Positions 35,823-47,539 of a stretch of DNA of 64,000 nucleotides are shown in pieces. Within the stretch, counting starts at the first letter, position 1. Every line of letters starts with the position of its first letter. The notes beneath the pieces are model-generated. The model made no database searches. It was not told where the DNA came from and saw only the letters and a program-made list of their open reading frames with translations. Source of the stretch: Balanoglossus misakiensis (taxonomy: Eukaryota; Animalia; Hemichordata). The position numbers and the translations under genes were made by a program. The stretch spans positions 2,883,344 through 2,947,343 of the forward strand of contig CM082584.2 of NCBI GenBank assembly GCA_040954595.2, given 5' to 3'.

Positions 35823-36794
35823 CTACCGTGCAAGATGGTCGACTTGCTGTACTTGTCCGGTGTCTTCATTAAACTTGTAGACCGTCTTGACGTCCTGATC
35901 GTCGATACATATCAACTTGTCATAGCGGATGTAAGACTTCATCGTCGGATTTGTTTGTATTAAAGTCTTTCGGAATGACAAAAGGTTTGACCGAATATTC
36001 CGCACTCGTCTTGAAAAGTCCTCGCCGATGCTAATGTTCGTTCCTCTAAGTTTAGTGGCTGCCGACAGCACTCTGGATCTGTCTTTGAATTTCGCGAACA
36101 TGGCGACAATAGGGCTTCCTCCGCGAATTTTCGGTGCATTCTTGATCCGGTGGACTCTCTCAAATTCAACTTCTTCTGTTATGTCAAGATGATTTTTCAA
36201 GACTGATTTCACCTTTTCTTCAGACTTGTCCCAGTTTTCGTTTCCTTCGGACTGCTCAATTCCATAGAATATGAGGTTATTCCTGCGGCTTCGATTTTCT
36301 AAATCATCGCTAGAGCGTTTTAACTCGTCATTTTCTTTCCTTAAATGGTCCAGAGACGATTTCAATTCAGAAAAAGACTTACTGCTTTTCTCCTGTGTAT
36401 CCACTTTTGCTGTATTTCGCTGTAACTGTTCTCGAAATTCAGACATATCGTCTTCAATGTTGTCCATCCTAATTTCCAGACGTTCGAGTTTCTGCCGCAT
36501 ATATTGTGTTTCTGTGATGATCTTGTCTAGCTTTTCGTTGATGCCTTTAACGTCGCTCTTTGTTGCCAGATCCTCTGCATCAGCCGACCTTAGTTTAGGA
36601 GGTCCCGGGTTCAGTTCAACATTACCAGCAGTTACTAACAGGGCAGCCAAACAGAGTTTGACTGCCAGTGACATTTGGCAATTCAACAATGGAACGACAA
36701 GGGCGGCCATCTTTGGTAGCTTCTGTTGTCGAGCTGGATTGCCACCAGCGAAAAGTCCGACTTTGGCCCTGTATTGAGCCAGAATAATGCCCAT
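35823..36794 (-). CDS. LINE ORF1 (2A-like peptide, coiled coil, L1-type RRM/CTD)
   Basis: MGIILAQYRAKVGLF start; LLVTAGNVELNPGP; heptad coiled coil; LENRSRRNNLIFYGI, FERVHRI, ISIGEDFS. Confidence 0.88.
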   Translation of the reverse strand: MGIILAQYRAKVGLFAGGNPARQQKLPKMAALVVPLLNCQMSLAVKLCLAALLVTAGNVELNPGPPKLRSADAEDLATKSDVKGINEKLDKIITETQYMRQKLERLEIRMDNIEDDMSEFREQLQRNTAKVDTQEKSSKSFSELKSSLDHLRKENDELKRSSDDLENRSRRNNLIFYGIEQSEGNENWDKSEEKVKSVLKNHLDITEEVEFERVHRIKNAPKIRGGSPIVAMFAKFKDRSRVLSAATKLRGTNISIGEDFSRRVRNIRSNLLSFRKTLIQTNPTMKSYIRYDKLICIDDQDVKTVYKFNEDTGQVQQVDHLAR

Positions 36795-37177
36795 TTTGTA
36801 GTAGAACTTATCTTGAAGAGTAAACGCACCTTTACGGGTGAAGTACAGTTCCAAACGCCAGTCTGGGTGTGATTTATGGAAAGGATTGTACGAGCTGTTG
36901 TGACACACGTGCTATCTCAGTGACAGTTACGTAAGGCCCCCCCTAAATATATATCATAAGTGTCAGTAAATCAGTTCGTACACAGAGTTCACAGTTCAAT
37001 GATAAATCCACTAAACACTAAACACGAAAGCAAAATCAACACTGCCGTATATCCTGTAATGTCACCGTCATCATATTCTGCAAGCACAACACATTCCTCT
37101 TCTCTCCTATAATGTTCCTCCTATGTTCGGCATATTCCTCTTCTATTCTGCAAACACAACACATTCCTCTTCTCCTT

Positions 37178-40100
37178 TCACTCGGTGTATCTGGCAGGGA
37201 CCCTCGTTATCCTCCCTGATCTGGTCACTTGGGGGCGCAGTAATTGTTGTTCACCTTGACCTTCGTCCTCAGCTACACTGTTGTCTTCCGGCACGTTGTC
37301 AGTATCACTATTATCTTCCTCTGGCTCAATCTCTTCCAACTCATGTCCCGCTATTTCCTGGTCCTCCTCTGGTTCCGGTTGCCGACCTAGGATGATAACT
37401 CCCCCCTTATCTGGCCGTTTGGGGGCTCTATTTTCGGCTTTCTCCGCAGACAAGTTATTTGGGCTATTTTGCAATTCACCCATTTGCTCCTCCCGGCGGT
37501 CAATCAGCGTTGAGTCACTGTGATGTCCGATTCGACACGGCTTTAACCGATTATGATGAACAACTAGCCTACGGCGCCTTTCACTATCTTCCTGGATACG
37601 ATATATCACACCTGGTTTTCCATCTGGGTCTGGGATGCGCTTCTTCACGATAAATGGGCCCGCCCATGGTAGTCCTAATTTCTGGGCCCTGCCACGCCTT
37701 GCTGTAGGATCATGTAACCAGACTTTATCGCCGACCTCATAAGGGTGATGATTCGCCCACCTATCATATCCTGTCTTTTGTCTCCGCTGGGACTGACCGA
37801 GTGTTTCAGCAGCGTATTTGAAAGCGTCCCTCAGTTTTCCGACCATACGTCTGGCATAGGTAGTGGTTGTTTGGGATGGTTCTGGTGTACCGTACACTAT
37901 ATCTATGGGTAGCCGAGCTTCCCTCCCATGAGTGAGGAAATATGGGGTTTGGCCAGTACTTTCATGGACGCTGGTGTTATATGCCAGTGCAATTTTCGAC
38001 ACATGATCATCCCATTCGTCGCCGTACTGAGCTACACACTTTGCCAGCATTTCCTCTGCCGTCCTGTTGAAACGCTCAACCATGCCGTCAGACTGTGGGT
38101 GGTAGGCTGTAGTACGTGATTTGTTAACTTCGAGCAGCTGGCAGAGTTCCTTGATTACTTGCGCCTCAAAATTACGTCCCTGATCGGAATGAAATTTCTC
38201 AAATACCCCATGTTCCATTATATATTCCTCAATATCTTCTTTGCCACTGTTACGGCCATCTGATTTGGAAGTGCATAAATATTAACATATTTCGTGAAAT
38301 AATCCATCACTACCAATGCATATTTATTCCCTCTCCTGGACTGTGGCAACTCTGTGAGGTCAGCTGCTACCATCTCAAAAGGTCGTTTCACAGATATGCT
38401 CTGCATAGGAGCCCTCGCTTTCGGTGCCGGAGATTTCCTTCGTTGACAAATCTGGCAACATTGGACCCACTGTTGAACATCCCGATGCATTCCTGGCCAA
38501 TAGAATCTCTGTCTACATCGGGCCAATGTTCTCTTCGCTCCCATGTGCCCAGACACCACACCACCGTGCAGTTCTTTCAGTATGTTGGGCACCATATTAC
38601 TTGGCAAGAGTATTAAATTTACTGACTCGCCACGAGGTAGTGTCCACTTCCGGTATATTATACCGTGTTGTAGTTTCAGTTTATCAAAGTTATGCCACAG
38701 CGATTTCAATCGCCAGTCTTTTCTGCGCAAGGTTTGTTTATCTGGTTTCCGTTCACTCCTTAGCCATGAGAGCACTTCCCGCAACACCTCATCATCCTGT
38801 TGTTCCTTCCTCAGGGCACATAAATTGACATCATTCACCACTGTAGCACCGTGTGACCTTGCAGCCTCTGAACTTTGAACCTGATTGACCTTGGGGGCAT
38901 GTTGTTGAATTGGTTTTGTTGATACCTGTCCTGGAATACACCAGCCTATTTCCTGTTCATCGTCGTCATCCTGGACTGCCATGTCGCTTTCCGCCTCGAT
39001 CTGCACTCCCAACCTGGACATGGCATCAGCATTAGAATGTAATTTTCCAGCTCTATGTGTGACTGCAAAATCGTACATACTTAATTCAATCGCCCATCTC
39101 TCTCTACGTCCTGTAGGATCATGGCCCGCCTTGATATCCCTCAGCCCGATTAGTGGTTTGTGGTCCGTCACTACTTCAAATTTAGCACCACACAAATACG
39201 GTCGAAAATGCCGAATACCCCATACAACAGCAAATAACTCCTTGTCATATGTGGCCCATTTCTTCTCCGTCTTATTCAGGCTGTGACTTCCATATGCAAC
39301 AACTTTTTCCCCTTTTTCCCCTTTTTGGGACAGGATCACCCCAACTGCTGAATGAGATGCGTCGGTGTGTAGACAAAATGGTTTGGTAAAGTCAGGGTAA
39401 CCGAGTATCGGCGGATTGGCTAGCGCAGACTTCAGAACCTGGAATGCATTACTACATTCATCTGACCATTGAAATGTAATGTCTTTTTCACATAGCCGAT
39501 GTAATGATGTCGCAATCAATGCAAAATCCTTCACAAATTTTCTATAGTACGATGCTAACCCCATAAATCGTCGTACATCAGCTGGACATAATGGGGTAGG
39601 GTAAGACCATATACGCTCAGTAATTGCTGGATCTGGGGACACACCGTCCTTGGATACTTTATGTCCGAGAAAGACTACTGTATCCTTGAAGAATGTACAT
39701 TTCGATGGCTGCAACTTGAGGCCTGCTTCTTCAATACGTTTAAATACTTGTTCTAGGCTTTGCATGTGCTCGTTGAACGTTCGGCTGAAAATAATTACAT
39801 CATCCAAATACACTAAACATGTCTGCCAGTCCAGCCCTGCTAATACCAATTCCATTAGCCGCTGGAAGGTAGGGGGTGCGTTGGTGAGACCAAACGGCAT
39901 GACTTTAAAGTTGTACAACCCAACTCCCGTCGTGAAGGCAGTTTTATCTCTGTCATCTGGGTGAACCTCAACTTGCCAATATCCCGATGCCAAGTCAATT
40001 GTTGAGAATAGTGCTGACCCTGACAACGCATCAATAGTGTCATCAACTCTAGGGAGCGGGTGCGCATCTCGAACTGTCACTGAGTTCAATTTTCGATAGT

Positions 40101-41322
40101 CTACACAAAATCGAATTGCGCCATTCTTCTTCCTCGCCAATACGTCCGGTGATGCCCAGGCCGAGCAGCTCTCTTCAATGACTTCATTCTTTAACATATC
40201 TCTCACCTGGTTCTGTATTTCGGCTTGTAGATGTACTGGTACACGTCTGGGCCGCTGCTTTATTGGCGTAGCCTCTCCTGTATTCACGCGGTGTTGCACC
40301 AGATGTGTACGTCCCCGATCACCTGGATATTGACTAAAAATATGATGATATTTATTCAGCAATTTCCTTACTTCTGTCTTTTGGGGCCCTGAAATTGCTG
40401 CCCCCTCAAGTTGAATTTCAGGCATAGGTTCAGTCTGATTTCTGACTTTATTCGTTGTGTCTATATTGGATACCACAGTACTAGTAGTTTCTCTTTTTAG
40501 CTCACAAAGTTCATAGGTATGTATACGGGAGACCATACAAGTCTCCTCTCCAGATGTAGCGGCAATAAAAGTTCCTACAGGTGTATCTTGATAGAGATTT
40601 ACGGGTTGTTCTGTTACATTCAAGATCTGCACCAATGCCATGCCGTTGCTGACAGTGGAAGAGGTTCGAGCTACAGCTAGGCCCCTGCCATCTTTAAAAA
40701 TATCCTCCGGATCCAAAACTCCGGTATACCCATGAGGCAATGGCTCCCCAGCCGTTGTTGGCTGTAATCGTATTGGCACTGGCATTTTGGTTCGGGGTGG
40801 TATTATGACAGTTTTATTCACTACCGCTCCACATATGTCCGGTATTAATTGGTCTTTCCGCAGAAATGGAGTTGATTCGCCGTATATCCAAAACATGCCA
40901 TTGTTACTATCCACATTACCTGCATGCTGCACAAAGAAGTCCCAACCAAGTATCACAGGGCTGGTCATCCCACGTACCACAAACACAGTATGGTATAGCT
41001 CATTACTGCCCACCCGTACTCTGGTTTGTAGTGTTCCCATGATGTCTAACTTTTGTCCCAGAACCGACGTCGCAACCGTATTTACGGTAGTGTTCAAATA
41101 TTTCTTTCTCAGGTATGGACTCTTCATCCTAAATTCTTCACTTATCAGTGTTATACCTGACCCTGTATCAACCAGGGCTCTTACATCAGTGTCACCAGCT
41201 ACTATCATCACCATATTTGTAAAGTCTGGTTTGGTAGATTTAGGAGCTGTCATTAATTCAGATTCCAATTGGGCCTCACCTTGCGCTGCCAATGCCTGAC
41301 CCCTTACATCAGCAGCTACCAT
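37178..41322 (-). pseudogene. Gypsy-2 Pol (PR-RT-RH-IN), 1-nt frameshift ~38232 in integrase
   Basis: LVDTGS, CVDYRKLN, MPFGL, YLDD, TDAS, TDHKPL, HHCC, SDQG, GPF. Adding one T restores ...KIFEEYIMEHG. Confidence 0.9.
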
Positions 41323-42269
41323 TTTCCCTGTTGTTGTGGTTGATATTGGCTGGGTTGAGGTGGCCTGTATTTAGCATAACCAGTTTGAACATCATGTTCC
41401 CCTTGCAGAGGGCAATGGATTCTTCGGTGACCGTATTCCCCACAAATGTAGCAGTTCCCTCTGAATACATTTCTCGCTGGTGTTTGCCGAGCACCATTAC
41501 CACGATTACCCCGATAACTTCTGGCCCCTCTACTAACATTTCGGGTATACCCACTTGCTTGGTTATAGGCATTACTCGTATTAGTTGTTTCCTTTCCAAC
41601 TGTCAATTGTTCTATTTTCTGAGGGAGGGTGCTTTCCAATTCTCGGAATCTTTTATCTATCAATTCGTTGATGTGCACATTGTCAACTGCATTAACACTC
41701 GGTGTACACCCAGTTCCATGTGGTACTTTACTAGCTGACATTTTTGTGGCCGCATGATGTGCGGCTTCAGTTTTTCGCACCAACAGCACTACTTCATCAA
41801 GCGTTTTCTTGTCCGAATTTAAAATCCTCTCCTGGAGTGCAGTATTTCCAAGTCCGCAGATAAATTGGTCCATTACAATGTCCGCTTTAACACCTGGGTC
41901 CAACGTTGGATAGGCAATATCAGCTAGTCGAACTAGCTCAGTCTGATATTCCTCGGCAGATTCCCCGTTTTGACGAGTTCGTTCCCTAAACAACAGGCGA
42001 TGCAAACTCACATGTTCTTTACTGCTAAATTTTCCTTCAAGGGCAGCCTTCAACCTGTCATAATTGTCTTTGTCCGTATCGGCCAATTGTTCATACACTT
42101 GAAAGGCATGGCCGTCCAATAAGGCAGGCAACAGTCCAAGTTTGGCTTCTTTGGTAGTTAAGTCTTTTGTTGCCCTTGCTGCAACTTCAAATTTTCTCAC
42201 CCAGTCACTAAAGTTCTCACCTTCCAACCCCCGGAACTTATCAGGTAGCTGAACGTACGCAGAAGCCAT
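41316..42269 (-). CDS. Gypsy-2 Gag
   Basis: MASAYVQLPDKF..., major-homology-like QNGES.EEY, CYICGEYGHRRIHC knuckle; ends at G GGA AAA TGG TAG. Confidence 0.88.
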   Translation of the reverse strand: MASAYVQLPDKFRGLEGENFSDWVRKFEVAARATKDLTTKEAKLGLLPALLDGHAFQVYEQLADTDKDNYDRLKAALEGKFSSKEHVSLHRLLFRERTRQNGESAEEYQTELVRLADIAYPTLDPGVKADIVMDQFICGLGNTALQERILNSDKKTLDEVVLLVRKTEAAHHAATKMSASKVPHGTGCTPSVNAVDNVHINELIDKRFRELESTLPQKIEQLTVGKETTNTSNAYNQASGYTRNVSRGARSYRGNRGNGARQTPARNVFRGNCYICGEYGHRRIHCPLQGEHDVQTGYAKYRPPQPSQYQPQQQGKW

Positions 42270-42353
42270 GCCTGGTGTCCGGTTGTGCTGACTGACGAGA
42301 AACACACTCCAATACTTTCCAGGTCGCCCACTTACTGTCTTTATGATGACCGT

Positions 42354-42374
42354 CGAATCCCACCGCTGCCACCA
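42354..42374 (-). promoter_or_regulatory. Primer-binding site, tRNA-Leu type
   Basis: TGGTGGCAGCGGTGGGATTCG is complementary to the tRNA-Leu 3' end CGAATCCCACCGCTGCCACCA. Confidence 0.85.
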
Positions 42375-42376
42375 AA

Positions 42377-42597
42377 TATAACACAGCCGAGGGTGAATTA
42401 AATGAGAGTCTTTAATACTCAGACACAGCCAACACAAATATACATTGACTCGTTTAAATGGCCGCGGCCATAACTGAACACACCAAACAGAACACTTCCT
42501 AGGTCAGGGGTCACCTCAGGGGTTGCCCCTCCTTCAAAATCAGAGTCTCATGTCAAGCGCCCTCACACAGGCACTATGATACAATACGTCCGTTACA
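42377..42597 (-). repeat. 5' LTR of Gypsy-2
   Basis: Followed after 2 nt by the PBS. Confidence 0.93.
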
Positions 42598-45513
42598 TAT
42601 ATGTTTGTGTTTGCAATTATGTTCGTGTTACACTAGGTTCCTTGATTCATAATGTATTCCGAGCCGGGGCCATTGTTTCTGAGTTGTAATTGTGGTGATG
42701 GCAAACGCCTGTCTGCTTTTGAACTTTCACAGTTGAATGCTTCAATAATAAATTCCTGACTTTGGATGAACTTCTGTGCTTGAGTTTGTACTCCTTCCGG
42801 ATGACTCATTCCTGTGGGGAAAACAAATAAACATACATAATGATTACCTTTTGTTATTATGCAATGCTTTAGCACCTCCAACTGGTCATGCCTTTTAGCA
42901 CCTCCAACTGGACATGCCTTTTACACCTGGAACTACATTTATGTGGAATTGACTTTTGTTCTGATGGAGGTCTCATGTTCCATGGCTCCAGGCACTTCAT
43001 GCATTTCAATACATTTTTGACAGGCGGATACAACTGGTCGAGAATTCTATGATCACAGTATTACATTGGTAAAGTAAATCTGATAAGTTCTAGAGAACAG
43101 AAAATTCCTCAAAGTTGTTTTGTTTTTCTGATGAGACGGTTGTTTTACCACACAAGCATTCAACCAGTTGAGGCTAGAGCATACTTTAGCAGGAAAAAAT
43201 GTTACATATATTACCTTGTTATAACTCCTGGCAAGCATTGGATAATTGAACGGCTGTCCTGAGCTGGTGCGACTTGATGCTTTGTGCCACAGAGAGTCCA
43301 CTGTAATGCCACCAGTCTGGCCCCCTATGTATGTCGTGTTCTGATAATTCTTATACAATTCACATGCGCAAGACAATTAAACTATAAGCTAGGGAATCAT
43401 TGACTGTTGTCACCATGATTTCACAGGGTAACCATAACAACTCAAATGTTGTGTAGATCTTTGAACGCCTGGAACTGTATTTTTTGTAACAAGAAAATAC
43501 ACTAATACATGGATATAACAATTAATATGTTGCAGTTAGATAATGATCAAGTGCTTGTGGGTGTGTGCTTTGATCCCACCATCATGATCTTACTACTCTG
43601 TCATTGAGTAATTTGTAAAATAAGTATTGTCGTTGTTGTTGTTTTTGAGAAACAACAATGGTGTATATTATAGCTATACAGGCAAGTGTTATGCCCTGCT
43701 GGAAGAATAATATTTCCTTCCGTGTAACCATGCACATTGTAGTTCAGCATTCAAACATGATAGGACTTATTTTCATCTAAATCAAACCATCAAATGTTTG
43801 TTTATCTACACAAAAAGACACCTTTATCTCTTGTTATCCAAATTACCCAGCTAAACAATTATCAGACCACATACTTGTTAAGATGTAAATTAAATTGTTC
43901 ACTGTTCTCTGTCTAAAAATGAAATAACTAGTACAATGTGCATTGCTAAACACATGGTAAGGTAATGTTGAATTTTTCATTGACGTACAGACACCAAATG
44001 TCATTAGATTGTAGCTGTGTTTCTGTAGCCCTACTGATCTCTGTCCAAAAAAGCACTGGCCTATTACGTTAAAACTTGTCCTAAACAGTGGCGGCCTTTA
44101 CAAATAGTAAAACTGTTTTATCTAAACACCCACGATCAAACTGAGTTTTGATTGTTGACTCGTACTTCGTAACATGGAGTTTACTTTGTAGAGGTCAGTC
44201 TAATCAAATCTGATATACAAAATTATAGTTTTAGGTTACATTCGTGAACTACATGAACACGAGTTTTTGTTCTTACAACCACATATTGGTGTTCTCAGAA
44301 ATGGCAAATCAGCAAACTGTGTTCAAAGCAATGACACAGAGACTGTGCTGTGATGTACATGTATGGCTTTGTGGACCAGCTGAGTTGTCAAATAACCACA
44401 TAGGTGTCAACGCACTGATTAGGCAATTAGCACATGCTTATCAAACAGCTGCTGGTGGCTGTTGTCTGAATCATAGGGACATACACGGAAAGCATATTGA
44501 ACAAGGGTTGGAACACAATAGTTTTACAACGTCGGAGCAACGGATAGTCTTTTGGAATCGGAACACACGCCAATCATACACACATATAAGCATGGCTTTT
44601 GAGATCCCATAACGCTTACATGCAGGTCAACACAAAATACACCTACGAACCTCTCAATTTAACCAAGCTATTGTGCATTTCTCGACCAAGCATACAAAAT
44701 TAAACAATATGCGTTGTAACACACCAAAGCGGTAGAGTCCATGACTGAACCAAGAGCACAGAGAATTTAAATGTTTAAATCAATTACTACTTAGAGAGAA
44801 ATCATGGCTTAATCTCAGTTCAAATTGCATATTAGTGCTGAATGTCCACTTTTAGCTTAGACATCGCAACCATTAGCATGAAGCCCGAGTAATTAGTCAG
44901 TTATGTGAAAAATACAATGTTTCAAACTTTTAAGATTTTTAAAATATTGTTGGTGACCCTTCCATGTTGCTATGCTCAACTTCGCCTTTGAAACCCAAAA
45001 TGCATAACGGCAACAGAATCCAATGGTTTGAATGATGGATTCTCGCTCTTACTGTTAGACAGTAATACCGCAATGCATTGTGGTAACAGTATCCAGCGGT
45101 ATCCACAAAGGATTCTGAAATGTATTCTCAAATACCAAAGATTTGTGGATACTGTGAGAATCCATTGTATATTCTTATGCTGGATACCACGTAGAGGATA
45201 TCGATGGATTCTCTGTGGATTCCATTGTATATTGTAAGAATCCATCAAAATGGATTCTGCTGTAACTCGATGGATACGGAACATTTCACACAGTAAAAAC
45301 TTGTGCTCATGTAAAGTGGGAAAGAATATTTTGACACATGACTTATGGATATCATATGTATAAACTTGCAGCAAGTTATTTGTAATGTCAATGGAAGAAA
45401 GAACAGGACGAAGATACTTTAGCCATCGCCCAAGAAATTTTATCATCTTACTGTAAAACACCACATAACGAAATAGAGAATAATGTATATGTATTACACG
45501 AAAAATTAAACTG

Positions 45514-46776
45514 AAAAATGTAAAATGAAAGTAAATTTGTCCAAAACAAAAATTATTGTATTTAGAAACGGTGGTATAATTAAGAAAACAGAAAAATGGC
45601 TATATGGCGGAGAACAAGTGAATGTTGTATCTTATTATAAATATCTGGGTATTGTGTTTTCTAGTCGAAATGTATGGTTTAAGGCTGTACAAACTTTATC
45701 TGAACAGGCCAAGAAAGCTATATTTACTGTTAACCGCTTTACACGAAAATTTGGAGAACTCCCTTGTCAGCTTTACTTTAAAGTGTTTGATATAATGATC
45801 TTGTCAATTTTGACATATGGCTCAGAGATATGGGGTTTTCAACCCTACGCATGCGCAGAAACTGTACATTATAAGTATTGTAAACGCTTTTTAGGCGTAA
45901 AAAGTAACACTCCAAATGCCGCTGTAATAGGAGAATTGGGCAGACCACCTATTTTCGTTCATACATACATTCGATGCATAAAATGGTGGCTGAAATTATT
46001 ATCTATGCCAAATACACAAATAGCAAAACATTCATATACGCTTCTTGTAAGAGAAGATTTACTGGGGAAAACAAATTGGGCATCTCATATTCGTAATATA
46101 CTTAATAGATATGGTTATGGATATGCTTGGATTAATCAGGGAGTTGGTAATGAAAAATTGTTTATTACACTGTTTTCAGATACAGTAAAAGATAATTGGC
46201 GTCAAGACTGGTGGGGGGAAATTTCTAGCACAAGCCGTTTACAAATGTTTTGTCAATTGAAGAATAGCCCATGCCTTGAAAATTCTTTATTTAATGTTAA
46301 AATTAACAAACATAGAAAGGCCCTTTCACAGATACGATGTTCCGGCCACCAGCTTTCTATTGAAACTGGCCGCAGCAAAGGTCTGGACAGGTCTGAAAGG
46401 TTATGTGAAATTTGTAATACATGTATCGTTGAAGATGAATATCATTTTCTTTTTGAATGTACGTTTTATCAAAATCTTAGGGAGAAATATTTACCAAAGT
46501 GTTTTACAAGATATCATTATCAAGCGAATATGGTCAAACTTTTCACCTCAGGTGATACCAATATTATAAATAACCTGGCAAAATATGTATATCAAGCATT
46601 CGAATTGCGGAAAGAAGCACTAAATTTGTAATAGCATGTAATACTCTGTCTAAATGTCTTGTATAGTTTTGTGGTGCAATCAAACCAAGTTCTTTACCTC
46701 TGTATCATTTTGATGTACTAAATGCAATGGGCCGGTGGCCTTTATGCAAATAAATATTATATTATTATTATATTAT
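45514..46776 (+). mobile_element. 5'-truncated RTEX-like LINE (related subfamily)
   Basis: 13-bp TSD AAAAATTAAACTG (45501-45513, 46777-46789); ORF 45525-46631 homologous to the ORF2 C-terminus; GGCCGGTGGCC hairpin, AATAAA, (ATT)n tail. Confidence 0.9.
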
Positions 46777-47539
46777 AAAAATTAAACTGTATTTACTAAG
46801 TGAACATCTACAAGAAAAGTAATTGCTGTAAGAAATTAGCAAATGGTTATTTCGAGTATAACATGCAACCGGCCCTGGCGACGATGCATTTCAAGGCTCA
46901 GGTAGCCAGAGCCTATCGCAACACAGTAAGTGCACGATATGTGCACACATGGATATTTCTCTGTCAATTAATGTGCAGTTGCGCTATATGCTAACAGAGA
47001 GGTCCCAAAATAGGCGTACATGATTTCAGAGATGCTAGTTTATTAAATCTTTATCGAAGCTTCACCATGCAACTGGCAAACATCTTTGTTGACCTTGTAA
47101 CTGTCATAAGTCGCTGGCTATGAAACAGACACTCTATTCGACAAAAGTGCATTTTCCGTCATTAATCTCTATACTAAAACTGGCACAACTATCTGTAACT
47201 TGTGACTATTTTGTCAGTTTTATTGTTCTGTGTGTAAACCATGGTTTCTTGTTCGGCTCCCTATATCAGGATTAGTATTTGTCTTCTCAACTCTACCAGC
47301 ATGTGCTTTTGTTGACAAAAAATGCATTCAAGCCCGGACTTGAATGCATTTCTTAATAGTAAGAATGGTCTACACACGTAAACATGACTTGTTGACTCAT
47401 AGACATTTTGGGATAAATTCCAGGCAGGAGAACAAGAAAATGTGTGATGTGGTTGAAACATAAAACAAAAATTCTGAGAGAATAACCAGATTCAAATAAA
47501 TGCCCGTTAATGCATTTATTTAAACCAATTTGAGAAAAA

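Larger units (their letters stand above)
32227..36943 (-). mobile_element. Full-length APE-type LINE (RTEX-like) nested in the Gypsy-2 3' UTR
   Basis: 12-bp TSD TAAATATATATC (32215-32226, 36944-36955); 5' G-run; 3' GGCCGGAGGCC hairpin, AATAAA and (TATTC)n tail; two intact ORFs. The clade call is from motif recall only. Confidence 0.92.
31777..42597 (-). mobile_element. Ty3/Gypsy LTR retrotransposon 2, interrupted by a LINE
   Basis: 221-bp LTRs (31777-31997, 42377-42597; 4 mismatches counted), TATA TSD, PPT TGGGGGGGAGTGA (31998-32010), PBS, gag and pol. Confidence 0.95.

Noticed and set aside
40540-40830. dUTPase between PR and RT of Gypsy-2
   Set aside because: The linker is beta-rich but the five dUTPase motifs are not recognisable; at most a degenerate relic.
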